DNA from: Chiloscyllium plagiosum
Lineage: Eukaryota
NCBI RefSeq assembly: GCF_004010195.1
Contig: NC_057720.1
Location: forward strand, 12,574,846-12,638,845
Direction of reading: 5' to 3'
DNA length: 64,000 bases
Shown: positions 39,936 to 50,639 of the stretch, piece after piece
Numbering within the stretch: the stretch's first letter is position 1
How the letters are laid out: each line of letters starts with the position of its first letter
The notes under the pieces: generated by a model
The model's input: only the letters and a program-made list of their open reading frames with translations
Database searches by the model: none
Told to the model about the DNA's origin: nothing
Program-made: the position numbers and the translations under genes

Positions 39936-40171
39936 ACCAAAACAGCACGAGCTCATTGCTACGCCTCAGTACAGCACTGGCACTGCACGGTCAGTACTGA
40001 GGCAGTCCTACACTGCTTTTGATTTTGTTTTTAGGTAAGAACTCATTCCAAGGACACATCTTTGTTCTGTAAAAGATTCCAAGGAGCCCTTAGAAGGAGA
40101 GCAGATGAATTTCTGTCCACCGGTATCACTAAACCACTTTGTGAGATCTTTATGCGTGCAAGTTGGCAGCT

Positions 40172-40853
40172 GCGGGAGATGGGATCATCGACTTCAGGAA
40201 GTGGAGCAGAGGACCTGCTCCTCTCTGCATCAATGGTGCTGAGTTGGAGGTGGGTGAGAGCTTCAAGTTCCTACCAGTAAATATCACTGACAATCCATCC
40301 ACAGCAACACTACAGTCAAGAGAACACACAAATACCTCTACTTCCTCAGGAGGCTAAGGAAATTCGGCATGTCTGCAATGGCTCTTACCAATTTTTATAG
40401 ATGCACCATACAAAACATCATTTCTGGATGCATCAGAGCAGAGAGTTGTGACTACAGCCCAATCCATCACAAAAACCAACCTCACTTCCATTGACTTTGT
40501 CTGCAGTTTCCGCTGTCTCAGAAAAAAACCCAACATATCAAAGAGCCCCCCCCAACCCGGTTATACTCTCTCCCACCCTCTTCCATTTGGCAGAAGATAG
40601 AAAAGTATGAAAACACAAACCAATAAGTTCAAGAACAGCTTCTTTCCTGCTGTTTTGGACTTAAGAACAGACCTCTCATTTATTAAAGTTGATCTTTCCC
40701 TGCACCTTCACTGGAGCTGTAACACTATATTCTGCATTCTGTGCTATTACTCTGATGAACTTACGTAAGGTATGATTTGTCTGGTTAGTACGCAAAACAA
40801 TACTTTTCATTGTATGTTGATACATGTGACAATAATAAATCAAATGAAATCAA
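40172..40853 (+). mobile_element. Rex1-like LINE 3' fragment inside a Deu-type SINE
   Basis: IIDFRK..; cttcctcaggaggctaaggaaattc matches 1811-1835; aataaatcaaat tail. Confidence 0.8.
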
Positions 40854-41334
40854 AAGTTATGTTATTTCACTTGAGAAGTATTTCATTGGCTGCAAAGAAC
40901 TGGGAGATCCTGAGATTGTGAAGGTGCTATAAAAATGGAAATTTCCTTTTCCACCTCTGACAGACATCTGCAAGAGTGTAAGATGCTCAGAAGCTCAATT
41001 ATTGAGGGCACTTTTGGAGCTGCTTCGGAACAGTAACGTTTATTAGGAAGATAGCCTGCTCTCAGGCTTCATATTTATGACAAACAGCATTTTAGTGAGA
41101 TTGTGATTTGCCTCATTCTTTTCAAGCCAATTATCTCACGGGAAATATTTCATTGATATTCACAGTTCTGGGAACACAATTCAGTTTGTCCTGCAGAAGT
41201 GAATGAGGTCATGAGACTTTAACATGAGAGACTGTTTTAGTTTCATCGTTTGCCAATGGAACTCAGTGTAGTTGGGCTGGAATCTTTGTCAATGGTTCTC
41301 ACAATGCATTGTGGTGCCTTAGCTTGTTAACTTT

Positions 41335-42072
41335 TTAAAAATTCATTTATGGGATATAGGGGTCACTTAACTAGGCCAGCACTTATTGGCTGTCCATAAT
41401 TGCCCAGCAGCAGTCAAGAATCAACGACATTGCTGTGGGCCTGGAGTCACATATAGGCCTGACCAGGTGAAGCTGGCTGTTTCATTCCATACCGGACGTT
41501 ATAGTGAACCAGATGGGTTTCTCCTGACAATGGATTCATGGTCATTGTTAGAACCTCTGATTCCAGACATTTGTTAAATTCAAATTCTACCATCTGCTGT
41601 TGCAGGGTTTGAACCTGGATTCCCCGGCTCGTTTCTTGGGCTTCTGGATTAACAGCCCAGTGAGAATACCATTAGGCCATTACTATTATGTCAGCCTTGA
41701 AACCCAGTTTCTCTCTGAATGCATGGGGCTGAAAGTAGTTCCACGTGGTGGGTGTCAAGAACAAAAGGGAGGAATAACTTTTTGCGTTATTATTCATCTC
41801 TGACATTTTCTTAAGTGTTTGCTAAATAGTAAATAACTGAGGGGAAGTGGTGGTGCAGTGGTCACGTCACTGGATGAGCAATCTAGAGCCCCAGGATAAT
41901 GAGCTGGAGACATGGGTTTGAATCCCGACAGGACAGATGGTGAAATTTTGAGTTCAATAAAATCTGGACTAAAGAGCTGACCTAATGGTGACCTCGCAAA
42001 CAAAGTTATAAAAACCCATCTTAGTTCACCAACACCCTTTAGGGAAGGAACTCTGCTGTCCTTACCTGGTCT
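41335..42072. mobile_element. Two SINE family B copies (41335-41682 -, 41838-42072 +, 3'-truncated)
   Basis: Shared core with 20195-20550. Confidence 0.78.
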
Positions 42073-42134
42073 AAGTCCTTGGAACAGTAACGTTTATTAG
42101 TTCAGTTACAAAAAAAGACTCTTTAGTATTTTTT

Positions 42135-42330
42135 GATTTGATTTGATTTACTGTTGACACATGCAACGAGGTACAGTGAAAAGTGTTGTTTTGCATGCTT
42201 CTATGGGCAGATTGTACCAAACTAAGTGCATCAGGGTAGCAGAACAGAGTGCAGAATACAGCTGCAGAGAAGGTGCAGAGGGAGAGAGATCAACATTAAC
42301 ATTGGAGGGGTCTGTTCAAAAGTCTGACAA
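42135..42330 (-). mobile_element. Rex1-like LINE 3' tail
   Basis: gatttgatttgattta...tacagtgaaaagtgttgttttgc. Confidence 0.7.
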
Positions 42331-42444
42331 CTTCAAGATGGCACCAGAGCATGGTAGTTCTTAGCGAGTTGTCTACAGCAGATATTATTCTTACATATCT
42401 TATTCACAGTTTGCATAAATATTTGTAACTTGTGTGCCGTTTAT

Positions 42445-42560
42445 CATGGTTGTGGGTATGTTCACTGAGCTGGGAAGTTGATTTGCAGACACTTCCTTCC
42501 CCGTCTATGTGACATCTTCAGTGCTTTGGAGCCTCCTGTGAAGCCCTGCTGTACTGTGTC
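42445..42560 (-). mobile_element. PLE family 3-related tail, decayed hammerhead
   Basis: Reverse complement cactgaagatgtcacatagacgggg... Confidence 0.6.
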
Positions 42561-44254
42561 TAATATATTATTCTAATATTTTAACAGATGAATGTGTTTG
42601 CCAACAGATGCATGGGATGACCCTATAAGGAGCAATGTGATGATGAGCTGTTCTGGTCATGCAGTTTGAGGGTTTAATATTGGCCTGGAAAGAATTCCCT
42701 TTCGTTTCCTTTGAAACAGTGCCAATGGGAACATTCATGCATGTCTCATCTGAAAGGCAGCTTCTTCAACTGTGCAGTGCTCCCTTAAGCCCAGAGTGGG
42801 ACTTGAACTAACAACCTTCTGACTCACAAGTGTGAGTGCCACCAGTTGAGTCAAGGCTGACTGCAGTCTGCCTGAGTTTGTTCATCTATCCTGAAATAGC
42901 CTAATGTACTCAGAAATTTGGTTTCATCCTTTTAACGGGAAATCCACTTCTTGCATTAATCAGTCAAAGGCTCAGGTCAGAAATGACCTTTCTTTGATTT
43001 TAACTTGTAATCCTCTGTGCTGCTCCAACAATCTACTTTCAAATGATATGCCAGATTTAATTATTTTGTTCTCTTTTCCATTTTCTCTTTCTGTATCATC
43101 CAGGATCAAAAGTTGCAATCTTCCATATGTGGTCTACAAATGGTGTTAGAATGCAGCATTTACATTACTTTGTAATGAAACCATACCTCTGCACAGTTTC
43201 AACACCCACTTAATCCTGAAAAGCCACTCATCATTGTGTTAACAGAGGAAATGGAACCTCTTGCTTCAGATACCTGTGTGGTTTTAGTAGCTGGTTGCTT
43301 GAAACATTTAAAATGCCAACAAACAGCAAAGTGTGTTGCTGCCTGAATTGTAAGATTCTGGGACCCACTCATCCCTATAACATGCAGAATTTAATCAACA
43401 TCAATTAGACTGACAAATGGACCATAAACAGGCCATAGAGAAAGGTCAATTATCATTCCAAAATAATGCAAGCACATTATCTGTGAAAATGGAATGTGTT
43501 TAAGAATCTCCCTCTGGGATATTCAGTATGTGATGGTAATCAGGGTTGTAGGTACAATTAAGATTTTGTTGTGTTCTTAATGACGCAGAGTGCCCACTGA
43601 CCAAATTACACAGTTCAGGCCCCCGCTACTCGTTTCTTCGACTTCCCTTCTTTAGTTTATGGACTGGTGCCTGCTTGGATTGGACTGGGGACGCTTGAAA
43701 ACCAACCCCAGAGAGACATTTTTTAAAAACAAAACCTGCAGAAACAATTTCGGAGCATGACAGTTACAAGTTGCCAGCAGTTCATTTGCGCTGTTCTGTT
43801 TTTCTGCAGCCGGGGCAGTGCACCAGTGATTGTGAAATCTGAGCCTAGGAATTGCACCAATAGTTCTTCTACCTTCTCCCCATTCAAGTGCTGAGTAACC
43901 ATCTAAATGACACGGGCTATCGCCTTCATCAGCTCATGGAATGATTAGAGGAACAATTATGCGTGACTTTATTCCTGGCCTTGGAGATGCTGATTGGAAA
44001 TAGAACGGGAACAGAACTCTGTGAACTCTACTTTCTGCCGTCATGAGGATGGAGAGGAGAGATAAGAAGTAATTTCCTAAGAGGTGATAAAGTTTTTGGG
44101 AAGGAGCACTTTCCATTAATAGAAAGGTCAGGGCATGCGGTTTAAATGTAATTAATGGAATGGAAAAAAAAGAGAGGAACTGAGTAGGAGTTTTACCAGA
44201 TGGCAGCGAGAATCAGGAACTCACTATGTGATAGGGTGGAAGAGGCAAAACACC

Positions 44255-44755
44255 TTTTATTTTATTCATCTGTGGGACTTAGGTGTCACTGGCTGGCCAG
44301 CATTGAAAGCCCACTCTTATTTGTCCTTAGGAAGGTGGTGGTGAGTTGCCTTCTTGAATCACTGCGGTCCACCTGTTGTGGTTTGATCCACAGTGCTGAT
44401 AGGGAGGAAATCCCACGATTTTGACCCAACGACTGTGAAGGAATGACAGTATGGTTCCAAGTCAGGGTGGTGAGTGACTTGGAGGGGAACTTGCAGATGG
44501 TGGTGTTCCCAAGTATCTGCTGCCTTTGTCTTTTTAGATGGAAGTGGTCGTGGGTTTGGAAGGTGCTGTCTTAGCATCTTTGGTGAATTTCCTCAGTGCA
44601 TCTTGTAGATAGTGTGCACCGCTGCTACTGAGCGTTGGTGGTGGAGGGATTGAATGTTTGTAGATATGGTGCCAATTAGGTGGGTTGGTTTGTCCTGGGT
44701 GCTGTCAAGCTTCTTGAGTGTTGTTGGAGCTTGCTCCCATCCAGGCAAGTGGGTG
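44255..44755 (-). mobile_element. LINE family B 3' end
   Basis: LRQHLPNPRPLPS..AADTWEHHHL..VGSKSW..LP. Confidence 0.82.
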
Positions 44756-46141
44756 CAGCTCCAACAACATTAAAGACATTTCACTTCCTCACATTAAAGA
44801 CATTCTTTTATTTGCCCGGTCATAACCTATAGGGCTGGCAAGTGGAATTAACCTGTAAAGATCTTTTTTGGACAGGTACAGACATGCTGGGTCAAATGAC
44901 CTCCTTTGAGCAAGAAATTTTTAAGTAACTCAGGTCTTCAAAATTTTGAAGTACCTCAGTAGGGTAGAAATAGAAGACACGTCTCCTCTTGCAGGGGTAT
45001 AAGAAGCTTTGGGATAAATAGATATAGAAAAAAACAATAAAGAATTCAGACGTAACCTCTGTACTTGGAAAGAGCTTAGAAGGTGCAGATTTATCAAGTA
45101 GATGGGTTTAAAAAGTTAAAAACTGAATAAACTTTGAGTGTAGGTTACCAGACCACTGCCTCTACACACACTCCTGAACTGCACACCAGCCCCCACCTCA
45201 ATATTACTGTGGGCTGGCAAGATGTCCACCAGTATGCCTACCCATGCCAAATGAGAATTTTATGTTACTAATTCGAGTTGAATTGAGAGCCTGTTTCCAG
45301 AGGACTCAGGGGTAGGGAAGCAGTGGGGTGAGCGAGGCAGAATGAAAGGTGAGAAGGAAGTGGGGTAGTTCATTAGTTGGGAGGATAGAGGTGCTTCCAT
45401 TGGGTGACCTCTTCCCAAGATGGTAACCCCTCCCCCCTTTTTACACCCCGCCTCCATTGGCATCTGGGAGCTGACACCTCCCCCCAAAATCTCACTGCAG
45501 CCCCCACACCCCTTCATTATTCACAACCAAGATCCCTGCCAGATCCCGAACCTTTCAGCCTGAGATATGCTCCATTCACACTTGCAGTTACAAGCAGCAG
45601 CCACTATTGCATTGTGGTGCTGTTGGGCCTACTCAGCCGACAGCCAATCCAATTGGCCAGTAGCTCTGAAGGTCAAGACTCCTATCTGTGAGGGACAGAA
45701 ATCCCAAACTGCTTAAGGGCACCTCCTGTGTTTTTTGTAAGTTTTTTAATAAACAAAAGGTGACCTGCTGTCCAGAAAGATGAACAATATACCTCTGATC
45801 ACCACCCCACCTCCCCCCTACTTCATGACCAGTAAAGATCCCCTTGCCCCTCTGATGGGAACGCCATAAATTGTAAATTCTCTTCCAAGTTACTCAGCAT
45901 GCTGAAATATATTACCATTCCTTCACTGCCGCTGGGTCAAAATCCTGAAACTTCCTGCCTCCACTTTCTCTAGGGCAACAAGGGATGGGTAATCAATGCT
46001 GGGACCACCAGTGATGCTCATATCCCATGAATAAATATTAAAAGGAATCAGTCAAATTTTATGAGGAAAAAATGAATTGCATTTTCTTGCCAAGAGAAGG
46101 TAATGGCTTCGTGGCATTTTTGCTGGACTATTAATCCGGAG

Positions 46142-46402
46142 AGGAGAAAATGAGGTCTGCAGATGCTGGAGATCAGAGCTGAAAATGTGTTGCTGGAAAA
46201 GCGCAGCAGGTCAGGCAGCATCCAGGGAACAGGAGAATCGACGTTTCGGGCATAGGCCCTTCTTCAGGAATAATTCCTGAAGTAGGGCTCATGCCTGAAA
46301 CGTCGATTCTCCTGTTCCCTGGATGCTGCCTGACCTGCTGCGCTTTTCCAGCAACACATTTTCAGCTCTGATCTCCAGCATCTGCAGTCCTCTATTTCTC
46401 CT
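46142..46402. mobile_element. Symmetric 261-bp fold-back PLE family 1
   Basis: 130-bp arms 46142-46271 / 46273-46402 with a 1-nt spacer (caggaat-a-attcctg). Confidence 0.95.
46240..46267 (-). ncRNA. Minimal type I hammerhead ribozyme motif, core intact
   Basis: Reverse complement CUGAAGA-A-GGGC-CUAU-GCCC-GAAA-CGUC. Confidence 0.75.
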
Positions 46403-46714
46403 AGCCTACATGTGACTCCAGACCAACAGCAGTGCGGTTGACTCTTAACTGTCCTCTGGGCAATTCGGGATGGACAATAAATGCTGCCTAGCCAGAGACA
46501 CCCACATCCCATGAATGAATAAAACACACAAAAGTGTTGTAGGTACCATGGGCTAAATGATTTCCCTTTGAGCTGTAAGTTGGTATGAAAAATAAGAGGC
46601 AGTAGCGTGGATATAGTTGCTGAGCAGGAGTAATTCTCCACTCTGAGAAATGGCTTGGACTCTTGTTCACGACTGTAGAATAAATACAAGTAAAATACTG
46701 CAGATGCTGGAGGG

Positions 46715-46812
46715 CTTCTGAGGAAGGGTTAACCAGATTTGAAAAGTTAATTCTGTTTCTCTCTCTCTGTAAAGATGCTGCTAAAGCTGTTGAGTTTCTC
46801 CAGAATTCTCTA
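46715..46812 (+). mobile_element. PLE family 4 tail
   Basis: ttctgaggaagggtt...gaaaagttaattctg...gagtttctccag. Confidence 0.6.
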
Positions 46813-47584
46813 TATTAGTCCAGTCGACCTGTCTTGGTGCAGTGCAGTTAGCGCACTTGGTTTTATTTTTCCACAGAAACAAAAACACTTGTGAAAAATT
46901 TTTACCTCATTTTGGAGTCTTATGTAATTCACTTTAATTCTGAAATGTTCAATGAGGTTCTTTTCCCAAACTCACATTTGTATCAGGCAGTTAGGAGACG
47001 TATCTGAGTATTTCACAAGAGATGAAACAACAACTGGATAACAGAGGGAGAAATGCGGCACTAGACAAATGTAACTTCTTCATGTTTTTGTGGATCACCA
47101 TTCAGGCGAAACTGTGAACATAGCAAATGCACAACTGTTGAAGTTGCAAGTTGCGATGTTTATTGATGATTCCTGTATAATTATTAATATTTGAAACCTA
47201 TTTAATCTTTAATCCCATTCCATGTGACTCAGATGAGGTGAATCTGGTGAGGATCTGTCCTGATAGGAATGGAGAGGTCAACGCACAGCAGGATTATTTT
47301 GTCAGCTCCATTATGTTACTCACACTGGACTGCTGTTGCATTTGTAGCAGAGATACTTTTGAAAATAATTGTTGAGAATTGATCTTGAAACGTGAACTGG
47401 GGGAAAATGTAAATAACAATAGCACAAGGATGCGTGTGTGTGTGCTTTGTTTCCTTGAGGAATTCAATATGCTCCCTGATCCCTGGTAAAATTACACAAT
47501 TAACTCAGGCTGTTGGCCCTGTATACAATGTTTATATGCTCAGTGTTTGCCTCGCGTGCCACTGGATTGTTTGTAGTTTCTCAA

Positions 47585-48410
47585 CTAGATATTGTAAAAC
47601 TTGAAAGGGTGCAGAAAAGATTTACGAGGATATTTCCGTGGTTGGAGAGTTTGAGCTACAGGGAGATGCTGAAAAGGCTGGAGTTGTTTTCCCTGGAGTG
47701 TTGGAGGCTGAGGGGCGACCTTATAGAGATTTATAAAATCATGAGGGGCATCGATAGGATGAATAGATTGGGTCTTTTTCCCAGGGTAGGAGAGTTCAAA
47801 ACTAGAGGGCATAGGTTTAATGTGAGAGGGAAAGATCTAAAAGGGATTTAAACAGCAATTTTTTCACACAGAGTGTGTGTGGAATGTGCCGGGCCTGCAG
47901 GGGACAACCGGACCTCCCAGTCACTGCCTAATTTAATTCCCCTTCCCACTCCCTTTCCGACATGACCATCCCTCCATTGCCACAACAAAGCAAACTGCAA
48001 ACTGGCGGAACAACACCTCACTTTCTGCCTGGGCAGCCTACAGTCCGGAGGACTCAACATTGAGCTCTCCAATTTCAAATAACCTCCCTTCCCTTTGAGT
48101 GACTCCCTTCCCCTCCCTTCCACTTCTCCCAGCCACCTACCAGATTCATTCCTACCATTGACCAACCAGGTCGTATCCTCAATTCATCACCCTGCCTCTG
48201 CCACCCCCTTTATCTGCAGCTCACCCCACACCCATCCCCAGTCCTGAAGAAGGATTATACCAGAAACATTGACTTCTCCACCTCCTGATGTTGCTTGGCT
48301 TGCTGTGTTCTTCCAGCCTCCTGCCTGTCCACAAAGGAAGACTGGTACAATTATGCATTTAAAAGGCATCTGGATGGGTATATGAATTGTAAGGGTTTAG
48401 AGAGATATGA
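47585..48410 (+). mobile_element. CR1 3' fragment interrupted by Neptune PLE
   Basis: DIVKLERVQKRFTR...RGHRFNVRG; resumes at 48340. Confidence 0.88.
47887..48335 (+). mobile_element. Neptune-type PLE 3' fragment, family 5 tail
   Basis: CKLAEQHLTFCLGSLQSGGLNIELSNFK; CTGAAGA at 48244. Confidence 0.82.
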
Positions 48411-49621
48411 GTTGTGCCTCTAGCCAAGCTGTTTCAGTACAACACAGGTACCTACCTGGCAAGGTGGAAAATGGCCCAGTTTGTCCTGTCGATGAAAAGC
48501 AGGACAAATCCAACCTGGTTAATCACCACCCAATCAGTCTACTGTCTGAGAGCATAATGGAAGGTGACATCAGCAGTGGTTAAGAGTCAATCACATTGCT
48601 GGGTAATCCAAGATGGAGGATGGGAAAAATTTCTGGCTGTAACAGCTGCTCCTTTTTTGAGGTATTTTAGGTGTTGTAGGTGATTTCCTCGAATTCCAGG
48701 AGCAGCAATTACTGTTTTATATGCTGTTGCATTGTTTTGGAACTTTGGAAAACAAAAAGTCAAAACAACAGCAGTTTTAAAAGGGAGAAGAGCAGACAAA
48801 GGAGGCACATGGTGAGGTCAGTGCAGGAGAGAGAGAGAGAGAAGGAAACTGACACCACAGTGTACCTGCACAGTGCTGCCTTTTGCAGTTTGAATTCACA
48901 TATCGCTGGACATTGGAGAGTGTCTGGGAAACTTAACAAACAGTGAAATTCACAACTGATCTTGGAGGAACTGTTTGGGCGAAGTTCACAGCACAGAAAC
49001 AAGTAAGTGAATTGCTTTAATTGTGTGGGTTCTTTCTTGATTATATGTTTTTTGAGGCATGTCTCTTGATGAAACTTAAAATATAAGCCATAATTATTAA
49101 TTTAAACTGGAGCAGTATTTTGTAGAGGAATAAGACGGTGTTATTTTCTGGGTCTAGATTGTGAAGGAGCAAAAATGGCCTTTAGTAGAGCGATATGTAC
49201 TCCTTGTCAGATGTGGAAGTTTAAAGAGTTTAAGGGTTACTGCAGATTATATCTGTAATAAACGCTGTTGGTTGCGAATCCTATCAGATCGAGTGGATCG
49301 GTTGGAGAGACAGATAGAAGCGATGAGGAATTTGCAACAGCAACAGTATGTGATGGATGGCAGTTATAGGAAGGGGGCAAAAGTCTCAGATACAGTCACA
49401 TAGATGGATTAACTCCAGGAAAGGTAAGAGAGGTAGGCAGCTAGTGCAGGAGTCTTCTGTGGCTATCCCCATTTCAAACAGGTATGCTGTTTTGGAAAAT
49501 GTAGGGGGTGATGGATCCTCAGGGGAACGTAGCACAAACAGCCAAGTTTCTGGTATTGAGACTGGCTCTAATGCAATGAGGGGTTCGTCAGGTTCCAAGA
49601 GATAAATTGTGTTAGGAGACT

Positions 49622-50020
49622 AAGGTAAAAACAATGACTGCAGATGCTGGAAACCAGATTCTGGATCAACGGTGCTGGAAGAGCACAGCAATTCAGGCAG
49701 CATGCGACAAGCAGCAAAATCGACGTTTCGGGCAAAAGCCCTTCATCAGGAATAAAGGCAGACAGCCTGAAGCGGGGGGAGATGAGCTAGGGGAGGGGGG
49801 GGGTGGGGAGAGAGTAGCATAGAGTAAATGACCTGGGAGTTGCAGTGGGAGAGGGACTCCCTGAGATTCTTGTAGAGAGAGGAGGAAAACTTCTTCAAGG
49901 CAGGCATCCTTGCAAGAGGATTCGCAGTAGGGTTAAAATCAACAAGGTAAAAACAATGATTGCAGATGCTGGAAACCAGATTCTGGATCAATGGTGCTGG
50001 AAGAGCACAGCAATTCAGGC
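49622..50020 (-). mobile_element. PLE family 1 insertion with partial tandem terminal repeat
   Basis: 49622-49700 repeated at 49943-50020; agact TSD at 49617-49621/50021-50025. Confidence 0.88.
49722..49749 (-). ncRNA. Minimal type I hammerhead ribozyme motif, canonical
   Basis: Reverse complement CUGAUGA-A-GGGC-UUUU-GCCC-GAAA-CGUC, flanked by uc/ga stem I. Confidence 0.8.
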
Positions 50021-50639
50021 AGACTGTCTAGTCCGAGGTACAGACAGACATTTCTGTGGCCAGCAGAGAAAAAGCAGAATGATATGTTGCTTCCCTGGTG
50101 CCAGGATCGAGGATGACTCAGAGAGGGTGCAGAATGTTCTCAAGGGGGAGAGGGGCCAGCAAGAGATCATTGTCCACATTGGAACTAATGAATGGGAAGG
50201 GAAAAGGTTGAGATTCTGTAGGGAGATTACAGAGTTAGGCAGAAATTTAAAAGGAAGATCCTCGAGAGTAGTAATATCTGGATTACTTCTGGTGCTACAA
50301 GCTAGTGAGGGCAAGAATAAGAGGATAGAGCAGATGAATGCATGGCTGAGGAGCTGGTATATGGGAGAAGGATTCACATTTTTGGATCATTGGAATCTCT
50401 TTTAGGATAGAAGTGACCTGGACAAGAAGGACTGATTGCACCTAAATTGGAAGGGGACTAATATACTGGCAGGGAAATTTGCTTGAGCTGCTTGGGAGGA
50501 TTTAAACTAGTAAGGTGAGGAGGGGGGAGGTGGGTGGCACCCAGGGCGATAGTGAGGAAAGAGATCAATTTGAGACTGGTACAGTTGAGAACAGAAGCGA
50601 GTCAAACAGTCAGGGCAGACAGGGACAAGGTAGGACTAA

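Larger units (their letters stand above)
46103..46522 (+). mobile_element. SINE family B whose middle is replaced by a PLE palindrome
   Basis: Head 46103-46141 and tail 46403-46522 (aataaatgctg...catcccatgaatgaataaaa). Confidence 0.78.
49175..50510 (+). pseudogene. CR1 ORF1: Zn-finger, coiled coil, SGNH esterase (frameshifted, PLE insertion)
   Basis: MAFSRAICTPCQMW..DYICNKRC..DRVDRLERQIEAMR; VLGD|.LVRG..CFPGARI..VHIGTN..NAWLRSW..LHLN. Confidence 0.88.

Noticed and set aside
43810..43894. Host exon encoding ..VIVKSEPR..
   Set aside because: Short frame ending in a stop, no recognisable homology, no supporting neighbouring exons.
46142..46402. Classical DNA-transposon MITE or pre-miRNA
   Set aside because: Arms are PLE terminal repeat that also occurs as single arms; no TA or fixed-length TSD.
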